From assembly GCA_051362555.1 (NCBI GenBank), contig CM120642.1, positions 9,734,001 through 9,798,000 on the forward strand: a stretch of DNA of 64,000 nucleotides, written 5' to 3'. Within the stretch, counting starts at the first letter, position 1. Every line of letters begins with the position of its first letter. This DNA is from Lingula anatina (lineage: Eukaryota > Animalia > Brachiopoda). Below, piece after piece: positions 12,601 to 25,800 of this stretch. The notes beneath the pieces were generated by a model. That model was not told the DNA's origin. It did not search any database and saw nothing but the letters and a program-made list of their open reading frames with translations. Position numbers and translations under genes: made by a program.

Positions 12601-15600
12601 GCATATATGCAGCACCGATAACACCATAAATGGAAAACCATTTGACCTTTTGGCTTGAAACCTACAGAACTGATGAATATTCATAATACGCAGGTCAAGT
12701 TCGAAAATCAACATGATCGGGTCATTTTTAGTGAATTTAGGCTATTTTTTCACTTTTTTTCAGCATTTTTGCAACACTGATAACACAATAAATGAAGAGC
12801 TGTTTTACCCTTTGGCTTGAAACTTACAGAACTGATAAATATTCATAATACGCAGGTCAAGTTCGAAAATCAGCACGATCGGGTCACTTATAGGGAATTT
12901 ATGCTGTTTTTTTTTCACTTTTTTCAGTATATATGCAACACTGATAACACAATATAAGAAAAACAGATTGGCCAATTGTCATTATACTCACAGGAGGGGC
13001 CAATCTTACTAAAACGCAGGTTGAGTTTGAAAATCAGCATAATCAGTCCATTATTTTAAAAGGTAATGCTGTTTTTTCACATTTCCTCACATTCAATTCT
13101 TAGGCATGTTAACAGTCTCATTATTGAACTAATAAGATACGTAAATGTGTTTGTTTGGCATTTCCTGCATCTTTACAACATTGTTAGTTGATTTTGTAAA
13201 AATGATGGTAAACTTGTTATCATGTATTGTGTAATAAAGTGTCAAAAATGGAAATACACTCATATCATTGCAGTTTGTCAGATGCATTCATCCACTATGT
13301 TCAGAATCTCAGAATGGAGGAAGTTGGGCATTTAAAACTGTTCTATTGATACTTTTCCCATCTCATCAATTTTCTTCATTGGTCATATAAAAATGGCAGT
13401 AAACTGTTTATTTTGTTTTATGTTTAAAAAGTGTTAAAAATGGAAAAAAAACCCATTTCAGAACAGTGCTGTATTGTTTACATTTTGGCATTTTCAATAT
13501 GTGACTTTGAAGTTCCATGGGCCTGAAGGCTTTTGCTAGTCACATTTTCTGAATAACCATGATACTAATATTTTATAATTAAAAATTGATGGTCATTATG
13601 CTGTAAAACATTATGTAATATTGCATGAAAATTTGAAGAAACCCCTATTTTGGGCACTGCTCCCATGATGACCATTTAAGGAAAATCATGTCACTTACTG
13701 TTCTCAAACTTACAGGAAAGAAACATGGGACTAAAATACAGCTCCAGTAGGCAATGCAGTCTGTTTGGTAAATTTTTCTGGCAATTAAACAGTTTTTTGT
13801 GAAAATTTAATTTTTCACTTATTGGCATTTTCAAGGTGTGACTTTGAAGTTCCATGATCCTGAAGACCTTTGCTTGTCACATTTCCTGAATATCCGTGAT
13901 ACTAATATTTTATAATTTAAAATTGATGGTCATTATGCTGTTAAACATTATGTAATGTTGCATCAAAATTTGAAGAAACCCCTATTTTGGGCACTGCTCC
14001 CATGATGACCATTTAAGGAAAATCATGTCAATTACTGTTCTCAAACTTACAGGAAAGAAACATGGGTCTAAAATACAGCTTCAGTAGGCAATGCAGTCTG
14101 TTTGGTAAATTTTTCTGGCAATTAAACAGTTTTTTGTGAAAATTTAATTTTTCACATATTGGCATTTCCAAGTTGCGACTTAGAACCTCCACGGGCTTGA
14201 AGACCCGTGCTAGTCACATTTTGTGAAAATCCATGACACTTATATTTTATTATTAAAAATCGATGGTCATTATGCTGTTAAGCATTATGTAATGTTGCAT
14301 CAAAATAGAAGAAAACACAATTTTTGGTGCTGCTGCCTTGATGACCATTATGGAAAAACCGTGTTACTTATGACTGTCAAACTTTCAAAAAAGAAACACA
14401 GGACTAAAATGCAGCCTGAGTTAGAAAAGCAGTCTAATTGGCTTCTTTTTCTGGAAGTTATACATTTTAGTGTTATATTCATTATCTTTTTTGGCATATT
14501 CATTGTGGGACTCGGAGCTCCCATGGACATGAAGCCAAATGGTAATCATATTTTCTACATGTCCATCCTATTTATAGTCAATAAACAAAAATTGGTGATA
14601 ATTATTCTCTAATTTATTATGTAATGTTACATCAAAATTGACAATCTTTTTGCACTGCTACTGCAAACATTATGAAAAGAAAACTGTGCTAGTTATTATA
14701 ATTTTAAACTTACAAGTACGATTTTTAGGATTGGCCTTCAGCTCATGAGAAAACCAGCTCTGTTGGATTATCATGTTTATTGTATTTATGCATTTTTTGT
14801 GAAATTTTCATTTTTCTCATTCTGGCACTTTCTAAGTATAAACTTGAACTCTGATGGGCCTGAAGCCTTATGCTTTTACTTTCGTCTGTGTTACCTGTTG
14901 TGCATAAGTTGATGTTGACTGTGCAGTTAAACATAATGTATTAATTATTGCATCAGGATTGGTAGTCTCCTATTTTGGGCATTATGGTTTTGTGCTTTTC
15001 TTAAGGTGTGACTTATGGGCCTGAAGACCTTTGAGTGGGTCAGTCTATAAATTACCCTTGGGTATCACTAGATTAATTTCAGAGTTATAAAGTCATTTGC
15101 TTTAATAGGCCATTAAATGAGATTACGTAAAGCACACTTGTTGATATTTCCCTGTAAACTCCCAAAGGTAAAGCTCTCTGCTAGATTAATAATAAGGAAG
15201 CAGTGATAATTATGCAGGTAAATTTTGTTTAATATTGCAAATAAGTTTTAAATATATATATATATATCAAACTGGAAGATTAAAAGTTTGAATAGCAGCT
15301 TCATTGGAATTATATTTACCTCAAGCTCTGCCAAGGAGGTTATATTTTCACCCCTGTTTGTCTGTCATCCACATGACACAAAAGGTTATGGACTGATTTT
15401 GCAGAAATTTTCAGGAACTGTCGGAAGTGGGCCAAAGAGGACAATGATTAATTTTTGGTGGTGGTCCGGATCAATAATCAATCAATTATCAATAATAATC
15501 AACAATTGCTGCCTTGGCAGAGGTCTGCACTCTCAAAGTGCTTTTCTAGTTTTGTCGTTTTCCTTTATAATTTTTTCTCAAACACTTGCATTTGTGACTT

Positions 15601-18600
15601 TTAGCCCCAGGCAGGCTGTCATCTGCCTGGGGCTCTGCACATTTTCTGTATTTCTACATAAGCAGTTGTATTGTTTTTTATGTCTTTAAACATTATGTAA
15701 TATTATTTTATGCACTGTCATCATTTTTCAAATATTGAGACTTTCATAAAGCGAATTTGAACTCTCATGGTCCTGAAACTGTAATCTTATTGAAGGGGTG
15801 GATTGAGACCATCTTCTGGGTCTTCCGGAAGACAGTCAGGTTATTAAGTTTATATTTACTGGTATCTATTTTTTTCTGTTGGAACACCATCAAAATGGAG
15901 GATGGATCAACATAGATACTTTGTAATACTGTCAGAAAATATCTCTGGGTCCGCTCCTGTTATTGACCATGTTACCTGTTGTGCAAGATTAAAATTCAGT
16001 GTTGACTGACAGTGCTATTATAAGCATTATTTATTATTGCATCAAAATTGACAAAATGACCTTTTTTGCATCTTTATTTTCTGTTTTTTGTCTGTACATT
16101 TGACAGCTTTGCTGCCTTGTTTTTTTTTTTTTTTTTTTTTTTTGTAGTTGTAAAAAACAGCACTTCTACAATTCTACAACTTTTATCTATATTTCACAGA
16201 GTGTTTCTGTGCTATTCATTATCATCATTCAAATCATGATTTTCATTATATTAAGTCTCAGTGTTTACTATATGATATACCTACCTGGTCAGTGCTGGAC
16301 TGGAACTGTTGTGAATCTTTGCAGTGGTACTTGCTGTTTTCTTTGTCCAATATTGGGCCAACAGATAGAAGTGAGGAGAATGCGACGATGGGACTGAACT
16401 CGTATCCAAAATCTCCTGTCCTTGTTTTTTCTGAAATGTGAATGATAACTTAAATTTAATAGCTCTTCCAGAAGAAGCTGCTATAAAGATTGAAAAAAAG
16501 ATTGTTTTGAGAAAGAGAGAGAGAATTTCATTCACATTATTAAGGATGGTAAAAAAAAATTAAAAAATTACATGTTTTATTAATATAAAGGAGCTCAGTT
16601 TTTGTCCCTCAGTAAAGTAAAAACTAAAGTCAAACTGATTATCAAATGGGTTCATTCTCAATGAAACTATTGATCTATGTAGATCGATCCAACTCCATGT
16701 GGACTCTCACTGAATGCAATCAGTTTAACAGATTAAGATGCCTCTTGTTTCCATCATACTCTCATGATCACCAGCTTTTCTGTATTCTACTTTATGCCAA
16801 GTGGAGTCGTATTCATCTGATTGCGTTCAGCAAGAGTCCTTGCAGAGTATAATCAATCTATATAGAATGATAGCATCATTGGAAATGGGCCCTATCTCTT
16901 TCAGAACTGATGTTAAACACATAAAAGACTGCTTTTGCTTACCATTATTCCCACAGCTATATGTACCATTATAGAAAACGCCTTCAAAACAGAGAAAACA
17001 GAAAAAGTTTTTAAAGAGTGTTCCATCCACATTCACAATATTGATTGGTCCTTCTAGACAAAGATCCTCTAACACTTCATATGGTATTTCAACACCATTC
17101 CACTGAAGACTGGAAAAATATTTGATCACTGGTTGCTGCATGATCTTGGCTTCGTTTTCTTCAGTCATGCACAGTCGCATGGCCATATCTGTTGTCGCAA
17201 AATAGTTGATGAAGCAATCTGAGTCGGCTTGTAAAACTTCACCAATGACTTCATCTGCGGTGGACATGTTTTGGAATTTCAGTGGGCTTTGGGTTGCGCA
17301 GCCAAAAGTGGCATTCCAGGGATCAATGTCTGAGATATTGTGGCATTGTGAACAGAATATGTTCTTGAATGAGAGTCCAGACTCTCTGTGGTACGCAGGA
17401 GTATAATGTAAGGTAAGGTCAGTCATGTTGGAACTGTTAGTTTCACACTTCATTCGAATGCCTTCATCCCGCCAACTCTCTGGGCATGTCGAGACAAACC
17501 AAAAATAGGGATGATTGATCTGTTCCTGTTTCTCTGCCAATGGAGGCAACTGGCATTTCATGTGAGCTAGGGTGAGATTAAAGTTGATATTTTGCTGCAC
17601 ATGGTTTGAACCACATTTTTGCTCCTTTGGCCAACAACAATCATTAAACATGTGGCAGAATCTGTCACATGAACATTGAATTTGGAAAAGCCTCTCTGCA
17701 TAAAAATCACTGGCTAGACAGAGTAGTACATTTGGTTTTGGAACATCGATGGCCTTGGCAATCTCAGTTAGACTCTTATTGGCCTCAAGGGTAGGTACTG
17801 TTGCAACTTCATTATTTTGATATTCATTTGTTGCAGTGCCTTGAAACTCAGTCAATTCATGGTTTAGTAAATGACGTCGAAACCTGCCAGTTATCCATTG
17901 TTCAGAAAAATTCGAATTATGGATTTGGTGTCTTTTGTTAAGACCTCTTACCCTTGCTCTTGTTTTGGCCTCCTCAGGTTTGATGTCTGCATTTCTGGTG
18001 TTTACAAGAAACTCTTTCTTGTCTTTCATTAAAGACCGATTTCCCTTTTTTGTGGCGTTCAATTCTGATGTTGGCTTTGAGCTCTCTTCGATACTTTTTG
18101 AATGATAAAGTATAACTGTTACAAGGAGAAAAACTGCAGCAAAATCTTTAAATTTCCCCATTGGAAAATTTCCCGATGAAAGTAGAAACCCTGGCCTTGT
18201 TTTTCTCTAGACACCAAAAAAAATTCAATTTGCTTGGTCTGAACGGTTAGCAAATTTGAAATGAGGAGGAGCAACTGCCGCTCTTTAAATAGTTTTTGGC
18301 AGCATACTTTTGACGTTGAAACAGCCAAAAATAACAACTGCAATTAGTTGTTTTTCACTTATTTTGCTTCACCAAAGGTTAATTATCTTGGTTGTTAAAT
18401 TGCTGGCACTAGACTTGAAAGACTTCGCAAGAGTCCACTAAGTTCTTAAGAAGAGTTCATAAGAAGACTGAAAAATAATTTTCAATTTTTGCAAAAATTC
18501 TGATTATTGAATACTTTACCTGATCCACTCAATCTTTTAATTTTTCTTCTTGTCCAGTTTGAATATAATAGTATGATCAGGATATCAGGTTCTTTTTTGT

Positions 18601-19858
18601 TCATATTTTTGGCAATATCAGGATTGGATTGAGACCGTCTTCTGGGTCTCCCAAAGGACGGTCAGATTTTCAAGTTATCATCGATAGGTATCTAATTTTT
18701 TCTGTCAGAAGACACTCGAATTTGGAGGATGGATCAACAAAGATAATTTGGAAGACTGTCAGAAAATAGCTCTGGATCCGCCCCTGAATATTCTTATTCC
18801 CCCCCCCCCCCCTCCCCCCAAGATTGTGGAAGGGAAATAGCGTGTGGACACCTTTGTTGATATTAAATAGTTTATGCAGGTTATGACTTATTAATTGTTT
18901 GGCGTAAGTTTTTGTTTGTATTATTATATTGTTTATACCTATATCATCAATAAACTGAGCTGCCCAAAGGCAACTCCCACATGCACCGAAAATAGTTTTT
19001 ACCTATCAGCAACATTTTTTTAATGAGCACAATTATATAATACCAATTTTCAATCGTATTAATTTTCATTTTGTACTTTTATTTGTATAAATATGACAAT
19101 AAATTAAACTATAACTATTATTATTATTATTATCTACAGTCAACTGAGCTGCAGTGTTTGTACTTGCTATTCATCCAATGAAATTCTTAATTTTGGTTAA
19201 AGCTGTTCTTTGCCAGGTTGGCATAAGGGGTATGCTTTGTTATATTTCCTATTTTTGCAATACTAAGCAATAAAATGAATATGTCCTCTTATTTTTAATC
19301 ATTTATTTATTTAGCCCCATTCTTTCTTCATGATGTTTTTTTTTTCATCTGATGCATATGCGTGATAAATCATAAAGTGGTCAGTGCGTGACAGGAAATT
19401 CATGAAGTACTAGAAAATTAAATTCTCATAACATCTACAGTCAACAGGTTGAAAATGCTGAATTCTTTCAAGTGAAAGCCAATGAGTGTTGAAACTGTTG
19501 AATTCTTTCAAGTGAAAGGTAATCAGTGTCACTTAGTCTGTTTGATTTTCATTGGCATCTGATTGCATAAAATGTGACGACAGGACAATTAAATAGAGAC
19601 AAATACCTCCCACAGGGGGTTGGCACATGCTGGTTATATTTAGAAATAATGTGTATTTGTGGTTCAACTGAAAGTTCCATGGGTTTGGTCTGAAAATACC
19701 AATTTTCTGCTAACATTTACATTTTGCTTACTGTGTACTGCAAACTCCTATGTGTCCTTATATATTATCAAGATCATGACAAGTCACATTTAGGGTTCCC
19801 CTGAACTGATGATTACTTGATTTGGTGTTAATAAGTGCACTCTTAGCAAGGTTTCCTT

Positions 19859-19893
<35 letters not shown>

Positions 19894-22800
19894 CTACTCC
19901 AATATATGATTTAATACGTACATTATTATGGTCATTTAATAGAAATTAAATACAGTTTGCCACAGACAAGAAGTTTCAGGTCTGTATATATTGTAATAAC
20001 TAACATGTGCTGTGCCATTTTTTTTTATCATAATTATATGATACTATTGAAAAGTATAGAAATCCACATTATGGTGCTAAGACATGTCCATTTTATTTCA
20101 TTTTTCAGCCCAGGAGAGACTTAGAAAACTTGCAGCAGACCTTGAGCTGACAGAGCAGCAGGTGCTCAGGGCCACACAAGAGTTACACCGTATAGCAGCC
20201 GCCGCACAGCGCCCTCTGTCCGAGCAAGACAAGCAAGAGATACGACAGAAGCTGAGCAAAAAGATGATGACTGTGAGTTGTTCATACTTATAATAAAGTC
20301 TTCCTTGCACTCATACACTCATACACTAAGGTCTCTGAATACTCCATTTATTGACTGATAAATATCTGTCAGGTTTCAGTCCTCTGCAGTAATGAGTCCA
20401 ATGCTGTTGACTAAAATGGTTACATGATTATCTTTTTATTGTGATAAAACAGTTATTATATACCAGGCTGCATATGACATCCAATAAACAATTCAAGACA
20501 ATACATTATGCGGATGTGACTGAACATTCTTAACAAGAGGAAAATTCAGTTAATTAATATCTTTGTTAAATAATGTCTTTTTTACATGGGATAGGTCAAC
20601 CAACTTAGAGACTCTGCCTCTCAGATGGAAGATGATATGCAGCATACTCAAGAGGAAGTGGAACAACAGAAAGAGGGGATCAGAAGGCTGAGAGAACAAC
20701 TGAAGAAACTAGACAGCAAGGATGTGTTATATGTTAGCTATGATTTAACTATACATTTGAATTTTTAAAAAATAGCCTTGGCAAGATGCAAATTAGCACC
20801 TTTTATAGGTTAATTTCAGTTGGCACCTCACTTTGTTACTTTTCACAACTGCTTGGATTTTGATTTCAAATGTGACTTCATATTAATATTTATATCCAGA
20901 GCTATTTATCAATGTTAGATCCAGTATTGGGCAGAGATGAGAAAACCATTTTTGATCTAAATAAAAATACTTTCAGTGTTAATTATAAGGAGGATATTTT
21001 AATTTTTATTCATACTTTCATTCATTCATCCACTTCTTCATTCAGAACCAGGTGAAGGCAGAAATGGCAGACAAGGAGCAACAGCTCCAGCAGAGGACCC
21101 AGATGTATCACGACCTACAGAACCAGCTGGAAGACATGCTGGCGAGAATAGCCAAGGAGCAAGCTGAGATTAAGAGACTTGAACAGCAGTTAAAGGAAGG
21201 CAAGTTAAATTTATTTGCAAAATTCAGTATTGCGTGTTCCAGAAAAAAAAGTACAGATTTTCCTGTTAAAAAAAATATTATAGATGACAGGACACTTAAA
21301 CAGTGGTAAATTGATAACTGTAATGTAAGGAATTATTGGAGAAAAAGATGTTTGTGTTATTATGATAAAAAGTTACCTTTATCGCTGATTTTAGCTAACT
21401 ATGACTCCTCTTTTTCATCATTTGTTTTGCAGCTGTACATGCATGAGCAAGATAATGACATAATTTTTAACAAGCTTATATTAATTTTTAAACAGTTTTT
21501 AAGAAACCTGGAACATAATATAAACTTGTATTTCAATGCTTTGATATACAAGAAAAAGTATTCTTTAATAATAAATGTATATAATTTTTGAACTCAGGTC
21601 CAGTCAGTTTTTTCACAGCACAATTACATAATCTCAATTACAGTTTTTCTCTCAATGATTCCAGGCCAAGCCACGCAGAATGAAGAGATCAAAGCTGAGC
21701 TGGAGGACGTCATTAGTGGCCTCCAAGACTATCTGACCAGTGTGAAGAGGAACGCTGAGAGCCAGCAGCAGGAGGTGGATGACCTAATGCTGGAGAGAGA
21801 AGAGCTGTTAAAAAGGCTGCAAGACATGGAGAATGAGATGAGCATCATGGACTCAGAAGCTGGAGATTATAGGAAATTGGCTAAGGTGTGTATGAAGACA
21901 TAGTGATAATTGTTTGTTTTTATGATCTTGTTCCACATTTTTATATATTTTTTTTAATCATTTATAAATGACATTTGATTACATCAAATAAATAACACTG
22001 GTAAAAATTAATGTTGTTTAAAAAAGTATAACTTTTAAAAGTGCAGGATGCATTAATGATAGCTGTTTAATCTGTATAATTTTCATTAAGGACCTAAAAA
22101 CATACTTATTACAAGGATCTGTAAGTAAACCTTGTATTTTCTTAGAAGGTTTAGAACTGTGAAACAAAAGTCAAATTTATCTGTGAATTTTATTCCCAAC
22201 TTTCCTACATGATACAACTAAAACTTTCTCAAAAGGTAAAGCAAAAAAAAAAGTAAAAGCCTACATTGGGGGCATCAGGTGATATTCTTCACTTTTATCA
22301 ATAAAATGATCCCTCATTCTACAGAGATTGAGAGAGTTAGAGGAGTCACTACAGGCACAGCAAGACATCAACGCCACTCTTCAGCAACAGCTTGACCAGA
22401 GTGTTGGACCCCTGGACAATACTACTGCAGAAGATCTTGACCGCGCACAGCGACAGATAGATGAGCTGAGAAAGACACTGATGAATGAAAAGAAGAAAGC
22501 TGATGTGAGTTCTTCAGAAATGTACTGATTTCTGATTTAAAAAGACTGTTTTACCTAAATAGAAATTATGAACAGCTCTTACTTGGTTGGTGGTAATGAT
22601 ATATTAAAGTAATGAGAAATATGAGAGAAAAACTGTTATGCCGTGGGCATACAGTGCATGTAAAACCTTAATATAAAGATATTTTTTCTTGAACATTTCA
22701 GCAGTTTTCCTTTTTTGGCCAACTTAGGTAAAATAGGTTTTGATAATTTAGGTTTTGGGAAGTGGTACATGTTTACAATTTTGAGAAAAAGGAATTGAAA

Positions 22801-25800
22801 TATTCACGGAAATTAAATACTTGCTATATGTTTGTCTAATAGGGTTCCTTTAACTTTTTCTGTCAGGCTGAAAGACGTGCTATGGAGGATGCTATGGCCA
22901 ATGAGAGGGAACAGCTACAAGCTTTACTGGCAGAGGCCACTGCAGGGAGAGAAGACACTGGAGAACTCAGTAGACTGGCTGCCCAGCTGGCAGCTTTACA
23001 GGTAAAATAATCCATTGGGTTTTTGCTATTGTCGAGAAAAAAGTTTGTAAGGTTGGAATCAGAGAATTAAGTTGAGGAAAAGGGTCTTAGAGTACTAACA
23101 GGCTGGCCCTTGGCTGGCATTTGTACATGCAAATAAGTCAGTTTTCAGTTTTGGTAAAGTTTCTGTTAAGAAATTAAAAATTATTTCCTTCAGAATGAAG
23201 GTATTTAGCTTACAATTTCAATTTCAAAAATGCTAAAACAATTAAGAAAGAATATTTTTCATTCAAAGCATTTTTTGACCTTTTATTTATTGAATTTTTA
23301 TTATGTGTAAAAGGAGTCCATTTCTCACACTTGAAAACTTTTCCTACCCACCAAGTAGAAGTTGAAATGAAGTTAGATATTTAGACATTATGGAAATACA
23401 GAATTTTTAAAATCATAAGTACATCTTCAACTCAAATAGAAGGATATTTCTCACTTTTGACATTTTTTCCCTCTTCCCTCCCCCAGGCAGACAACCAGGC
23501 ACTCAGAAGCAGGATGAGAGACCAAGAGAGGGCAGCACAGGACAGGCTCCAGGAGACCATCTCCCCTGATGATCTGTATCAGAGGTTGCAGGAGGTCATA
23601 GCTCAGTTAGACAGGGGACAGGTAAAGTTGACTTTCCAATTGCTATTTTCTTTCTCACAAACACACAGAGAGAGCAGCATGGGTACAAGTACAGTGACCT
23701 TAGTATTACTAAATGTATGAAAAAGACTTGTCAAAAGTCATCATTTTGAATATTTTGACTCCATTAACTTGATCACTGAAAAATTATTGGACAGTTTTAG
23801 ATAATTTTACTTATTAGACAGATTTTCCTCTTCTTAATTGATTTTTTTAAAAGAGATTTCATGAAATTTGTTATCGTGTATTTGGTAGTAGTATATATTG
23901 CTAGAATGTTTGCCTAAATATAATTTTAGCCTCCCAGAGAGAGTGAAATTCAAGATGATATAGGTGGCGTTCTGGCAGATTTACAGCAGTACTTACAAGA
24001 GAGACTTGATCAGCAGAACAGAGAAGCAAAGGATGCCAAGAGGAGCCAAATCAAGGTTCTTTTTCAATTTTGCACTATCACAATAGTCAGTTGTGCTTGT
24101 TGAATAATCCTTGCAAAATTGTTTTAATGTCTGTAAAAGGTTCAAAGTTTATAATCTCCATTAGAATAGATGTTGTAATGCATCATAGAGAACATTATCA
24201 TCTGAATTTCAGGCAGAGGCAGAGTTGAATATTTTGAAAGATAGACTGAAGAAATTAGAAGACCAGCTTAGAAAAGAAAAGGATAAAGCTGCAAAGCTTA
24301 AGGTATGGAAGAATTTTATTTTAATACTTTCACGTAGCAAGTATATGTTATTGCCTGTGTAAATGCTCCCAAAGCAAGAGATCTTTGTTGTCATGCCAAG
24401 TATCTACACATTTTGATTCAAATTAGGTGATTCCAAAAAAAGTTCCATTTTTAACTGCAAGTAAAAGTTATGGAAAAAAAGTTGTAGGTTAAGCTAGGTA
24501 TTTTAGATGGAGGTCAGTGTATGCCTTTGTTTTTAAGGTCTCTCTCCATGCCTTTGTTTTTACCTTGAATATTGCAGGCTGACAAGAAGAAAAAGGAGAG
24601 AGATTCAGAAATAGATAAATTGCATGACGAGTTGGCACGACTGAAGGATGCCCTCAAAGCAGCACAGTCTACCCCTAAACAGGTAGTTTTCATCGTTGCC
24701 AAAACTATGATATTTTTAGATGTGCAACTTGTTTATTGTATTTCTGAAGACAATAACATGTTATTTTCACCAGAATTAAAAATACATGCAAGCATAACAT
24801 TATTGTATATTACAAATCAATGTGGACTCTTTGGTAGATGGGTAACATAGAAAATGGTGTCATTTTAGGAGATGGGTCAAGTATACTTTTGAAGAAAAAT
24901 ATAAAATTCATTTTTCTACTTTTCCAACTTGCACATTTTTTTCTAGTTAGATTTGCCATATTATTATTATTATCATAACATTTTTTTCAAAGGAGTTTTA
25001 TGGTATTTTTTTTTTAGTCTGGCCTCCCAGCAGAGTTCCTCCAGCCTACTCCAAGGTATGACACAAGCACAGAGGCCCCCAGTTTTCAAGATTCTCTCAC
25101 CACGGAAGAGAAGGCCATGTTTGACCAGCTTCAGAAAGAACTGGCAGAACTCAGAAAACAAATGGCTGAGGCAGACAGCAATGCTGCCAAGAAAGTGTGT
25201 GAACGGTTTTTAAGATTTCCCCTTGGTTACTCTGATTAATGTGACAGTGACTTTGGAGATTTTTGGCAAGACTTAAATAGGTTACTTAAACAAGTGCATG
25301 GTTTGCATGTGTGTTTGCTTCCTAAAAGTTTTACACATATGTTTGCATCTAAATAAGTAAATTAAAAGTTAAATAGTAATGTCATCAAAGATGGGGATAT
25401 AAAAGCACTCAACTTGTAAATTGGATAGCAACACCAGTAAAAGAGAAATACTAAACCAGTTTCTTTTCTTATTTATTTGTTTGTTTTTTAGCTTCAGGAT
25501 GCCAATCAGCAGATTTCTCAGCTACAAAATGAACTTAGGCAAAAGGAACAAGAAAAGAAAAGACTGTCTCAAAGGGTAAAATCGGGATTTTTTATGTCAC
25601 TTAGCTAAGTGGTGTTCATGTGTATTCAGTGTGCATTAAAATGTGATAAGTTGTTTTTGTGTGCTTATTTAGCACATGTTTTGTGTATATGTGCATGTGT
25701 TTGTGTGCAGGTGTGTCGCTGTTTTCAGGCCTTTCCTGTAAAAACTGTATGTGTAAATAAGTGTATATAGGCATGACTGATTTTTGTCAAGTCCATGCGT

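Larger units (their letters stand above)
12205..16122 (+). mobile_element. HINE family B, copy 1 (with nested insertions)
   Basis: 5' TATGTACAGAC plus inverted GTCTGTACATA, a GTCGCC microsatellite, a ~160-bp array (12292-13080), a ~340-bp array (from 13485), 3' subTIR GTCTGTACAT (16090) and hairpin GACAGC-TTT-GCTGCC in a T-rich context. Confidence 0.8.

Noticed and set aside
16281-16535. 84-aa minus-strand ORF as the middle exon frame
   Set aside because: That frame ends in phase 2, which is incompatible with the 7790 acceptor. A different frame from the 16430 acceptor fits both neighbours.
16827-16942. 444-aa ORF as a pseudogene truncated by the MITE at 16648-16892
   Set aside because: A strong donor at 16942 precedes the MITE, so the MITE is intronic and the ORF tail is read-through.
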